NCBI GenBank assembly: GCA_009843865.1
Contig: VYCQ01000035.1
Coordinates: 27,978 to 91,977, forward strand
Reading direction: 5' to 3'
Source: Acidimicrobiia bacterium
GTDB taxonomy: Bacteria > Actinomycetota > Acidimicrobiia > Acidimicrobiales > Bin134
Length of the DNA: 64,000 nt
How positions within the stretch are numbered: position 1 is the first letter of the stretch; each line of letters starts with the position of its first letter. The notes under the pieces are model-generated. The model was not told the DNA's origin and did not search any database. It saw only the letters and a program-made list of their open reading frames with translations. Made by a program: the position numbers and the translations under genes. Shown one piece after another: positions 10,555 through 19,207 of the stretch.

Positions 10555-11984
10555 GCTCTGGCCCTCTCACGTCGCAGGCTCTCAACTTTCGGGCTTTGAT
10601 GCGCCTCACCCCGTCGGCAGTATTGCACCGCGAGCTGTGCTGCGACATTGCCAGAGCGCACTGCGCCTTCCATGGTTGCTGGCCAGCCTGTGGCAGTCCA
10701 TGCGCCCGCCAAAAACAAGCCGTTCATAGCAGTTGCTGACTCCGGCCGGAGCCGCGCTGTATTAGGACGACCGGCAAAGGTAGCCCCGTGTTCGCGAGTA
10801 ACCACTGCATCCAACACCTCGGCTTCAGCCACCTTAGGAAACAAGTCAACCAAACCTAGGTAATAACGCTCGATGAGCTCACTAGGACTATCACCAATTT
10901 CACCAAACGCCGCCGACTGCGACACCGCTACCACTTGCTCACTGTTGTAAGGCCGCTTCCAAGCCGCAGCCTCGCTACGATCAAACACAAATTGCACTGG
11001 GGAGTCCAAAACTGCGGTAAACGGCACATCCATTACTGTACGGTCGAACACAAAATGTACGTTAAAGATGGGTGAGATGCCCAAATTCGTCAACGCTTTT
11101 TGCTGAGGCAAGGTGTTGGAGGGAAGCAACTCATCTACCACCTCATGAGACACCGCCAATATCACCGCATCAACTGCAACCTCCTCGCCCCCAACGGTAA
11201 GGCATGGCCCTTCACCAATCGCTGCTACTTGGGCCGACATCTGAACATTGCCACCACACCCGGTGATATGAGCGGCAGCCGCCTCCCCATGCAGCACAGC
11301 TAGAGGCACCTTAGTCCAACCCAAATCAGCACCATCAGGAGCATCCAACAAACCAGTACGAAACACCTTAGCCGCCAACGCTAAGGATGCCTCGTGAGCA
11401 CGCAGGTTCACGGTAGGCAAGCAGATCAGGTCCCAAAGCCCTGCTATAGCACCCTCTGACTCCCCCCGGGCGCTCAGCCATGACCCAAAGCTTTGCTGAT
11501 CCAAGCTATGATCTTCAAGATTCAAGCGACGCAGAGCCAACGCTGTGCGAATCGCCCTCATACGTTCCCCCACAGACAAAGGGCGGTAGCACAGCAACGA
11601 TCCAGCCATATGCAACGGTGCTGGAGCTGAGATGCGGGCTATGTGTGCGGTCGGCCGACCCGGACGCATCACCGGCACCTTCAAACGAGGCTGTTGAACA
11701 ACCTGATGAGATACCCCCAACCGCTCAAGAAAGGTCTTGTACTCGCTGCAACAACGCATGAACACATGCTGTCCATTATCAAACCAGCGTCCGTTGCGTT
11801 GAAACGACCAGGTCGCGCCACCTAAGCGGGGAGCGCGTTCATAGAGCGTTACCTGCATACCAGCGTCCACCACCGCGATCGCGGCAGCTAACCCAGCCAA
11901 GCCAGCACCCACAACTGCGATGTGAGGAGCCGCCTCAGGTGCAGGTGGTGTTTCTTCTCCTACCGCAACAGAAATCATGACCAC
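10551..11984 (-). CDS. hpnE: Hydroxysqualene dehydroxylase HpnE (FAD-dependent amine-oxidase fold)
   Basis: 477-aa ORF with the N-terminal dinucleotide-binding motif 'VAVVGAGLAGLAAA'. It lies directly after the two squalene/phytoene-synthase paralogues, as in hpnCDE clusters. Confidence 0.8.
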   Translation of the reverse strand: MVMISVAVGEETPPAPEAAPHIAVVGAGLAGLAAAIAVVDAGMQVTLYERAPRLGGATWSFQRNGRWFDNGQHVFMRCCSEYKTFLERLGVSHQVVQQPRLKVPVMRPGRPTAHIARISAPAPLHMAGSLLCYRPLSVGERMRAIRTALALRRLNLEDHSLDQQSFGSWLSARGESEGAIAGLWDLICLPTVNLRAHEASLALAAKVFRTGLLDAPDGADLGWTKVPLAVLHGEAAAAHITGCGGNVQMSAQVAAIGEGPCLTVGGEEVAVDAVILAVSHEVVDELLPSNTLPQQKALTNLGISPIFNVHFVFDRTVMDVPFTAVLDSPVQFVFDRSEAAAWKRPYNSEQVVAVSQSAAFGEIGDSPSELIERYYLGLVDLFPKVAEAEVLDAVVTREHGATFAGRPNTARLRPESATAMNGLFLAGAWTATGWPATMEGAVRSGNVAAQLAVQYCRRGEAHQSPKVESLRRERARA

Positions 11985-11986
11985 GC

Positions 11987-12856
11987 TTATATACGCACTC
12001 CGGATATACGCACTCCGGCCAAACTGCGAACCGCCACCCCCAACTTTTCCTTAGTAGTCAACGACACCCTACCGGCAAACACCTGAGTTGGTGAGGCCGC
12101 TATGCGAACCAGCAAACGACGATATATGCCAGCCATGGCCCCCACACAAGCACGGCTACGGTAATCCAGCATGTCCAGCAACTTAAGTCCTTGCACAAAA
12201 TGGCCTTCCGCTCTTCGGACCTCAAACGCCACCAATCTGCCCAAAGCATCAATCGGGCCAGTGAGATCAGGAGCGCATCTGAACCTTGCAATATCTTCAG
12301 CCGGCAAATACACACGACCCATAGCCCGATCTTCCACAATATCACGCAAGATGTTGGTGAGTTGAAGCGCCACCCCCAGCTCATCAGCTAACTCAGCAGC
12401 TACATCGGGGCGATCCTTTGTGCCAAATATACCTAGCGAAAGACGCCCTACCGAACCCGCCACCAAACGACAGTATCGCTTAGTGTCCTCAATGGTTTGA
12501 TACTCGGTGCCCACCGCATCTTGCTCGCAACCTTGGACGATCTCATTAAGCACCTCTAAGGGGATCGTAAACAACACAGCAGACGCGCTCAGTCCAACCA
12601 ACACCGGGTCTTCCGGGTCGCTGAGCCTCCCAGAGACCAGCTCAGCGATATCGCTGCGCAATTTCTTTAAACGAACTAGCTTCTCTTCACACTGAAACGG
12701 CCCATCACCCACATCGTCAATGCGCCGGGCCATGGCATAAAGGGCCGACATGGCTTGACGCTTAGGTTTAGGCAACAACCTAATGCCATAAGCAAAATTG
12801 CGAGCCTCCTTCCAAGTTATCTCCTCGCAACACCGATAAGCCTCTTGTGCTCTCAT
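11987..12856 (-). CDS. hpnD: Presqualene diphosphate synthase HpnD (squalene/phytoene synthase family)
   Basis: 289-aa ORF with Asp-rich motifs 'ARRIDDVGDG' and 'NILRDIVEDRAMGRVYLP'. It is second in the hpnC-D-E order. Confidence 0.8.
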   Translation of the reverse strand: MRAQEAYRCCEEITWKEARNFAYGIRLLPKPKRQAMSALYAMARRIDDVGDGPFQCEEKLVRLKKLRSDIAELVSGRLSDPEDPVLVGLSASAVLFTIPLEVLNEIVQGCEQDAVGTEYQTIEDTKRYCRLVAGSVGRLSLGIFGTKDRPDVAAELADELGVALQLTNILRDIVEDRAMGRVYLPAEDIARFRCAPDLTGPIDALGRLVAFEVRRAEGHFVQGLKLLDMLDYRSRACVGAMAGIYRRLLVRIAASPTQVFAGRVSLTTKEKLGVAVRSLAGVRISGVRI

Positions 12857-13740
12857 CTACGCACCCAGCGTGACAAGCTAGGCGGCATTAGCAAACCCAC
12901 CATATAAATCACTATTCGGATACGCGCGGGTGACCGTAGCTTGGACAATACATCGTTTTGGCCTACCGAAATTGCGTCTAACGCAGCCAAACCACCCGCT
13001 ACATAACCCGCCACCGCTACCTTAACCCAGCCGTTGAGTGAACCCACCAAAAGCTTGCCTCTGTTGACTAGCCCCCGAGCTGCGCTAACTTGGTGAGCTA
13101 CAAGCTGACATAGCTGAGGTGATGCTCGCTCAGCAGACAGGTCAGCCTCAGCCACTCCAAAACGAACCATCTCGTCGGCTGGCATGTAAATGCGCTGCTT
13201 TTGGGTGTAGTCCTCACCAAGGTCTTGGAGATGTTCAATGATCTGTAAGCCAGTACACACCGCATCGCTCAAAGCGATACGGTCAGGAGTAGCAACCCCA
13301 AATACCGCTAGCACCAACCATCCCACCGGATTGGCTGACAGCATGCAGTACTCAGCTAGCTCTGCTTGACTTTGATAACGATTTTTGCACTGATCACGTC
13401 GATTGGCCTCAATCAAAGCTAAAAAAGGCTCATCGCTGATCTCTAAGTCGTTCAGCAGCCCAGTGAGATTGCGCATGACCGGATGTGTTGCGGTGGCAGA
13501 CCTAGCCCGCCGAAGTTCAGCTTCTAGCCAATCCAACGCCGCTAGCCTGTTGCCAACCAACTCGTCACCAATGTCATCAACTAGGCGAGCAAAACCGTAG
13601 ATGGCTAAAAGATGTGAGCGCTGACGCGCTGGCAAAACTCGCAATGCTACTGAAAAGTTCTCGTTACCCTTTTGGGCCATTATCGATTTCAGGTCAAACT
13701 CAACTCCAACCTTAGAACTAGAGAACTGATCTAGAGACAC
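12853..13740 (-). CDS. hpnC: Hydroxysqualene synthase HpnC (squalene/phytoene synthase family)
   Basis: 295-aa ORF with motifs 'ARLVDDIGDE' and 'IIEHLQDLGEDYTQKQRIYMP'. It overlaps hpnD by 4 nt. Confidence 0.8.
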   Translation of the reverse strand: MSLDQFSSSKVGVEFDLKSIMAQKGNENFSVALRVLPARQRSHLLAIYGFARLVDDIGDELVGNRLAALDWLEAELRRARSATATHPVMRNLTGLLNDLEISDEPFLALIEANRRDQCKNRYQSQAELAEYCMLSANPVGWLVLAVFGVATPDRIALSDAVCTGLQIIEHLQDLGEDYTQKQRIYMPADEMVRFGVAEADLSAERASPQLCQLVAHQVSAARGLVNRGKLLVGSLNGWVKVAVAGYVAGGLAALDAISVGQNDVLSKLRSPARIRIVIYMVGLLMPPSLSRWVRR

Positions 13741-13744
13741 TGGA

Positions 13745-14104
13745 CTAGAAACACCGGTGCTGCGTGTAGGTGAGCATGTCTAGGCGAGCTTGAGCGACAG
13801 CCTGCTCTAGATCAAAGGCTCGCCGAAATAATTCTTGCAGATCATCAATCTCACCCACCTCTCGAGAAGCATTAGCAATAGTAATGGCTGCTGCGCGAAT
13901 GTCGGGTGGGGCACTCGCTTCAAGCGCATCTAGCTGAGCTAAATCTTCAGTGCTCCTAACCAGATGCGTACCAACACCGTCTGTGGCCAACTCGCAAAAC
14001 GCTATGATGTCGCCTTGGTCGTGACTGCCACAGGCAATCGCCCCTGCTAGTAGGAGTCCAAAGCCCAACACCACCAAACAAACTCCTCGCAAAACCGACA
14101 ACAC
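13745..14104 (-). CDS. Putative lipoprotein of unknown function, first ORF of the hopanoid operon
   Basis: 119-aa ORF with a hydrophobic N-terminal signal and a lipobox-like 'LLAGAIAC'. It ends only 4 nt upstream of hpnC. Confidence 0.5.
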   Translation of the reverse strand: MLSVLRGVCLVVLGFGLLLAGAIACGSHDQGDIIAFCELATDGVGTHLVRSTEDLAQLDALEASAPPDIRAAAITIANASREVGEIDDLQELFRRAFDLEQAVAQARLDMLTYTQHRCF

Positions 14105-14225
14105 TGAAGAATAATCACCTACCTCAGATCACGCAGCCCTTCTCGCAAAGGTCCTGCTGAATGGCTAATCCAACAGCCTGTCTAGCTCATAAAGACCTGC
14201 ATGAGATTCGATCATGTGAGTTGAG

Positions 14226-14564
<339 letters not shown>

Positions 14565-14612
14565 TTACCGGATCCTTTCTAGTTACCGCTGAGAGATTAT
14601 CAGGTTCAAGAT

Positions 14613-15266
14613 CTAAAAAAAGCCCCTACCTTGAACAGCAACGTTGGCCAACCAAACCTCTACATCATGTATGGACTGGTTCATAGCCTGGCCAATGAGA
14701 TCTAATTTACGCACCTGTTCAATCCGATCTGTAGCCTGATCCAACTCCCGTTTGGACAGCATCTCTCTGAAAATGCCGCATGAATGAGCCAAACAAATAA
14801 TCACCACATCACGGGGACTGGGAATCTCGTTGCTAAACAACACCCCCATGATCCGCAACTTCACCTCTCGCTCTGACTCGCCATCAATTACCGGGTAGCG
14901 CCGCGAGCGAAACACCCACAAAAAACGGTCGTCCTGGCGTTCCAAAATACCCCTCTCCACCAACCTGTTAAGCGCTTCTTCACGAATATCTGAAGCTTGA
15001 CGAGATATCTCTTCTACCCAATGACGTGCATTTTTATCTTCTGTAGAAACAATCTGAGCAAGGGTAGTGTCTAGCATAGAATCACCCACAGGGGTGCTGT
15101 CCACCACCATCAGCTGCTCAAGATCAGTGTCGATTCGGTTCTCCATAGCCAACTCCATGAGCACCGCACCAGCTACGGCTCTATCGATAGCAGGCTGAGG
15201 GATGTTGTTGAACTTGCCATCATCACGCAACATCAACAACAGAATCTCTTCCACAAACCGCAACAT
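14613..15266 (-). CDS. GPP34/GOLPH3-like family protein
   Basis: The N-terminal pattern 'MLRFVEEILLLMLRDDGKF...AVAGAVLMELAMENRI' is typical of bacterial GPP34 proteins. I chose the start at the ATG preceded by GGAAAGG; the ORF is open up to 15317. Confidence 0.6.
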   Translation of the reverse strand: MLRFVEEILLLMLRDDGKFNNIPQPAIDRAVAGAVLMELAMENRIDTDLEQLMVVDSTPVGDSMLDTTLAQIVSTEDKNARHWVEEISRQASDIREEALNRLVERGILERQDDRFLWVFRSRRYPVIDGESEREVKLRIMGVLFSNEIPSPRDVVIICLAHSCGIFREMLSKRELDQATDRIEQVRKLDLIGQAMNQSIHDVEVWLANVAVQGRGFF

Positions 15267-15381
15267 TGCAAGCACCTTTCCGCTCTGGCCTACCAGCCTC
15301 TGCTGGCTAGCAAACACTTATGAACCCTATCTTAAAGATAGCCCCTCTGAGATAGACCATCAGTGTGATACAGCACCGCCC

Positions 15382-16383
15382 TTAGCTTTCCATAGCAGCA
15401 ATGATTGTTTGACCATAAGCATTGAGGGTCTCAGTTGGCTGATCATGCATAAGGTAAATAGCAAACTGATCCACCCCCAACGACTCCAAATGCCGCAAAC
15501 GCGCAAGATGGGCATTCTCATCACCTAGCAGGCAGAAGCGATCAATTATGTCATCGGGCACAAAGTCGGTATGTGCATGGCCAGCTTTACCGTGACCGCT
15601 GTAGTCGTAACCCTTTCGCCCTGTGATGTAATCGGTAAGAGCTTTGGGCACATCACCACCTTGATTACCATAGCGCTGCACTAGATCAACTACATGATTG
15701 CCCACCATAGCACCAAACCAACGGCACTGCTCACGCTGATGGGCGATGTTAGAACCCACATAAGCTGGTGCCGCCACACAGATATACAAGCTGTCGGGGT
15801 CACGACCCGCTTCTTCAGCAGCACGCCGCACAGCAGCAATAGACCACTCAACAATAGCTGGATCAGCTAACTGAAGGATGAAACCATCGGCTTTCCTACC
15901 ACACAAGCGCAGCGCCTTAGGGCCATAAGCCGCCATCAACATCTTGAGTTCCGACTCTTTGGCCCACCCCAAACTTTGTTGCGAGCCGTTATAAATAACA
16001 TTTCGCCCCTCAGCCAGATTCTTTATCACCCCCATGGCCTCGCTCAAGGTAGCCAAACTACAAGGGGAACGACCGATCACCCGCATAGCCGAATCACCTC
16101 GGCCGATACCACACATGGTTCGGTTGCCAAACATCTCGTTCAAAGTGGCAAACATTGAGGCGGTCACCGTCCAATCGCGCGTAGCCGGATTGGTGACCAT
16201 AGGGCCGACGATCATACGGTCAGTAGCCGACAACATCTGGCTATAGATCACAAAGGGCTCTTGCCACAGCACATGGCTGTCAAAAGTCCAAGCGTAGCCA
16301 AAGCCCAACGACTCGGCCTTCCGCGCGAGATCAACCACGCGCCACGCTGGCGGATCGGTCTGAAAGACAACCCCAAAATCCAC
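15382..16383 (-). CDS. LLM-class (luciferase-like) flavin/F420-dependent oxidoreductase
   Basis: 333-aa ORF with a TIM-barrel luciferase-like pattern ('MDFGVVFQTDPP...LGFGYAWTFDSH', 'GIGRGDSA'). The cofactor cannot be decided from sequence by eye. Confidence 0.7.
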   Translation of the reverse strand: MDFGVVFQTDPPAWRVVDLARKAESLGFGYAWTFDSHVLWQEPFVIYSQMLSATDRMIVGPMVTNPATRDWTVTASMFATLNEMFGNRTMCGIGRGDSAMRVIGRSPCSLATLSEAMGVIKNLAEGRNVIYNGSQQSLGWAKESELKMLMAAYGPKALRLCGRKADGFILQLADPAIVEWSIAAVRRAAEEAGRDPDSLYICVAAPAYVGSNIAHQREQCRWFGAMVGNHVVDLVQRYGNQGGDVPKALTDYITGRKGYDYSGHGKAGHAHTDFVPDDIIDRFCLLGDENAHLARLRHLESLGVDQFAIYLMHDQPTETLNAYGQTIIAAMES

Positions 16384-16427
16384 AGCTACCCAACCAAGGG
16401 GATCTCAACCATTAAATCAAATGCCTG

Positions 16428-17837
16428 CTAAATCAAATAGCTGCTCAGGCCACGCCGCTGATATCGCCCATGACCCCTAACACCCAGATACTGACCGTTA
16501 TCAATAATCACACGACCTCGTGACAAAACAACGTCCACATGACCGCTTACTTGAATACCCTCATAAGCCGAGTGGTCAATGTTCATATGGTGATTATCAA
16601 CGCTGATCGTCCAAGATGCCTGCGGATCATAGATCACCACATCAGCATCTGCACCAGGCTGAATCGTTCCCTTACGAGGGTACAACCCCATCATGCGAGC
16701 TGGGGTTGTAGAGCACAACTCCACCCACCGCGGCAAATTTATCTCACCAGCTACAACCCCTTGAAAAATGAGATCCATACGATGCTCTACCGTGCCTAGG
16801 CCATTCGGAATAGCTCTGAAGTCTCCAACCCCCAACTCCTTTTGCTCTTTCATACAAAATGGACAATGGTCAGTAGACACCACCGCTAAGTCATTAGTTC
16901 GCAACCCTTTCCACAGCTCATCTTGATGATGATCGTGACGAGAGCGAATGGGGGTAGAACATACATAAGCAGCGCCCTCCCAACCCTGATCCAAATGTTC
17001 CTCAAGGCTGAAATACAGATACTGCGGACAGGTCTCAGCAAAAACATTGGCACCGTCGTTACGGGCAATCGCCACCTGCTCTAGGGCTTGCTTAGCCGAC
17101 AAATGCACTATATACAGCGGGGCAGCGCCAACCTTGGCCAACGCAATAGCCCGATGGGTGGCTTCTGATTCAAATTCAGCCCGACGTACATATCCATGAG
17201 TGACAGGATCGGTCTCGCCTCGCTCAAAAGCCTGCTCGGCGAGCACATCAATGGCAATCCCGTTCTCAGCATGCATCATCATCAACCCACCGTTACCAGC
17301 ACACTGTTGCATGGCCCGCAAGATTTGGCCGTCATCACTGTAAAGCACTCCCGGATAAGCCATGAACAGCTTAAAACTGCTGACACCCTCGTTTATGAGC
17401 AGATCCATCTCCTTAAGGGCGGCATTAGTGACATCGCCAATAATCATGTGAAAGCCATAGTCAATAGCGCAACGACCCTCAGCCTGTGCCAAGCGAGCCT
17501 CAAAGCACTCCCGTACATCTAATCCATAACTTTGAGTGGCGAAATCCACAATGGTGGTGGTACCACCCCAAGCAGCGGCCCGCGTACCGGTTTCAAAGTC
17601 ATCAGCGGCCACTGTGCCACCAAAAGGCATCTCCATATGAGTATGAACGTCCACTCCACCGGGCACAACCAGCTTGCCGAGGGCATCAATCACCTGCTCA
17701 GCCCCATTCTCTGCCATCACGGCCACCTCAGAGGCCGGTTGCAGCACAGCAGCGATAGTCTCGCCATCAACCAGAACCTCTGCGAGGTCGGCACCGGTAG
17801 AACTAACTACCGTGCCGTTCTTAATGAGCGTTCTCAT
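16428..17837 (-). CDS. Dihydropyrimidinase / D-hydantoinase
   Basis: 469-aa ORF of the cyclic amidohydrolase family. It has the metal motif 'GGVDVHTHMEMPF', the carbamyl-Lys context 'SSFKLFMAY', 'MMHAENG' and 'STDHCPF'. Confidence 0.9.
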   Translation of the reverse strand: MRTLIKNGTVVSSTGADLAEVLVDGETIAAVLQPASEVAVMAENGAEQVIDALGKLVVPGGVDVHTHMEMPFGGTVAADDFETGTRAAAWGGTTTIVDFATQSYGLDVRECFEARLAQAEGRCAIDYGFHMIIGDVTNAALKEMDLLINEGVSSFKLFMAYPGVLYSDDGQILRAMQQCAGNGGLMMMHAENGIAIDVLAEQAFERGETDPVTHGYVRRAEFESEATHRAIALAKVGAAPLYIVHLSAKQALEQVAIARNDGANVFAETCPQYLYFSLEEHLDQGWEGAAYVCSTPIRSRHDHHQDELWKGLRTNDLAVVSTDHCPFCMKEQKELGVGDFRAIPNGLGTVEHRMDLIFQGVVAGEINLPRWVELCSTTPARMMGLYPRKGTIQPGADADVVIYDPQASWTISVDNHHMNIDHSAYEGIQVSGHVDVVLSRGRVIIDNGQYLGVRGHGRYQRRGLSSYLI

Positions 17838-17843
17838 AACAAC

Positions 17844-18713
17844 CTAAGCATCAACTAACAAGCCGTACATATCTGGACGACGATCCTGATAAAAGGCCCA
17901 TTGAGCTCGGGTCTCTTCAATGAAGGCATAGTCCAAATCCCTAATCAGCAGCTCCTCTTGGGTGTCCGATGCTGGATCCTCAACGAACTCGCCGCGAGGA
18001 TTGGCAAAGTAAGAAGTGCCGTAAAAGTCATTGCCGCCTAGGGCCTCAGCACCCACTCGGTTGATCGCCCCCACGAAATAGACATTGACCGCAGCCGCTG
18101 CCGTCTGCTCTAGCTTCCATAGATACGAAGACAAACCTCGGCTAGTAGCTGAAGGGTTGAACACTAACTGCGCCCCATTTAAACCCAGCGCACGCCACCC
18201 TTCTGGAAAATGGCGGTCGTAGCAAATGTAAACCCCAACCTTGCCTACAGCGGTATTGAACACTGGGAAGCCCAGATTGCCCGGACGAAAGTAAAACTTC
18301 TCCCAAAACCCCTTGAGATGGGGAATATGTACCTTGCGATATTTACCTAAATAAGTGCCATCAGCATCTAGCACAGCAGCAGTGTTATAGAACACCCCAG
18401 GCTGTTCCTGCTCATACATAGGGACTACCAGCACCATATTGTGCCTAGCTGCTACTTCCTGGAACCTCTTGGTAGTGGGTCCATCGGGAATAGCCTCAGC
18501 GTAGCTGCAATAGTCAGACTCTTGCACCTGACAAAAGTAAGGAGCATTAAACAACTCTTGAAAACACATAACTTGGGTTCCAACAGAGGCAGCCTCAGAC
18601 ACATATTGCTCGTGCAGCTCAATCATCGACTCCCGATCACCGGTCCATACAGTCTGTACTACTGCGGCCCTAACAACGTTAGAAATGGGGTGCCTCCGAA
18701 CTTTAAACGACAT
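17844..18713 (-). CDS. Carbon-nitrogen hydrolase family protein, beta-ureidopropionase / N-carbamoyl-amino-acid amidohydrolase-like
   Basis: Nitrilase-superfamily triad context ('FQELF', 'YRKVHIP', 'ICYDRHFPE'). It sits next to the dihydropyrimidinase gene. The start is set at ATG 18713 (MSFKVRR...). The ORF stays open to a TTG at 18800, so the 5' end is uncertain. Confidence 0.8.
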   Translation of the reverse strand: MSFKVRRHPISNVVRAAVVQTVWTGDRESMIELHEQYVSEAASVGTQVMCFQELFNAPYFCQVQESDYCSYAEAIPDGPTTKRFQEVAARHNMVLVVPMYEQEQPGVFYNTAAVLDADGTYLGKYRKVHIPHLKGFWEKFYFRPGNLGFPVFNTAVGKVGVYICYDRHFPEGWRALGLNGAQLVFNPSATSRGLSSYLWKLEQTAAAAVNVYFVGAINRVGAEALGGNDFYGTSYFANPRGEFVEDPASDTQEELLIRDLDYAFIEETRAQWAFYQDRRPDMYGLLVDA

Positions 18714-18823
18714 TGAAAGGAGCAAAACCCCCGATGAACCTGAATTATTGCATAAACAACTAGCTCTTGCAGACCCAAACGTCTGCCAGCAAATCCCCAA
18801 AGTATCGATGGTATCCTTCAGAC

Positions 18824-19180
18824 ATGGCCGAAATAACCATCTACCACAATCCTGGTTGAGGCAGTTCTAAAAGCGCTCTCGAAGTACTTGAGTCGCAGGG
18901 CATCGAGTTCGATGTCGTTCACTACCTCAAAACCCCCTTAAGCCAGCAAGAGCTGGAACGCCTATTGGAGATACTAGACAGCGCGCCTAGCAACTTGGTG
19001 CGCCAAGACAGTTACTTTAAAAGGTTAGATTTGAATATTGAGGATTACCAAAACTCCTCAGAAGTAGTACAACTCTTATTGAAGCATCCTAAATTGATGC
19101 AACGTCCCGTAGCGGTTCGAGGCAACAAAGCAATCATCAGCCGCCCCCCTAAAAAAATAATGGAATTGCTGCAAGTTTGA
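18824..19180 (+). CDS. arsC: Glutaredoxin-type arsenate reductase ArsC family protein with an in-frame TGA at the catalytic Cys position (selenocysteine candidate or nonsense pseudogene)
   Basis: ATG at 18824, then MAEITIYHNPG-[TGA 18857-18859]-GSSKSALEVLESQGIEFDVVHYLKTPLSQQELERLLEILD..., in the same frame as the tracked ORF 18965-19180. It aligns column-for-column with the ArsC N-terminal motif IYHNPxCGxSR. The three ArsC Arg contexts are retained ('LVRQDSY', 'LMQRPVAV', 'IISRPP'). Confidence 0.7.
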
Positions 19181-19207
19181 GGCAAACGAGCTAAATCAGA
19201 GACAAGA

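Noticed and set aside
18857-18859. The in-frame TGA in arsC as evidence for an alternative genetic code (TGA read as Trp or Gly).
   Set aside because: Many well-supported genes in the window terminate at TGA at the expected protein ends (e.g. the polyprenyl synthase, TS-fold ORF, PPTase, hsdM and hsdS). TGA is therefore a normal stop codon here.
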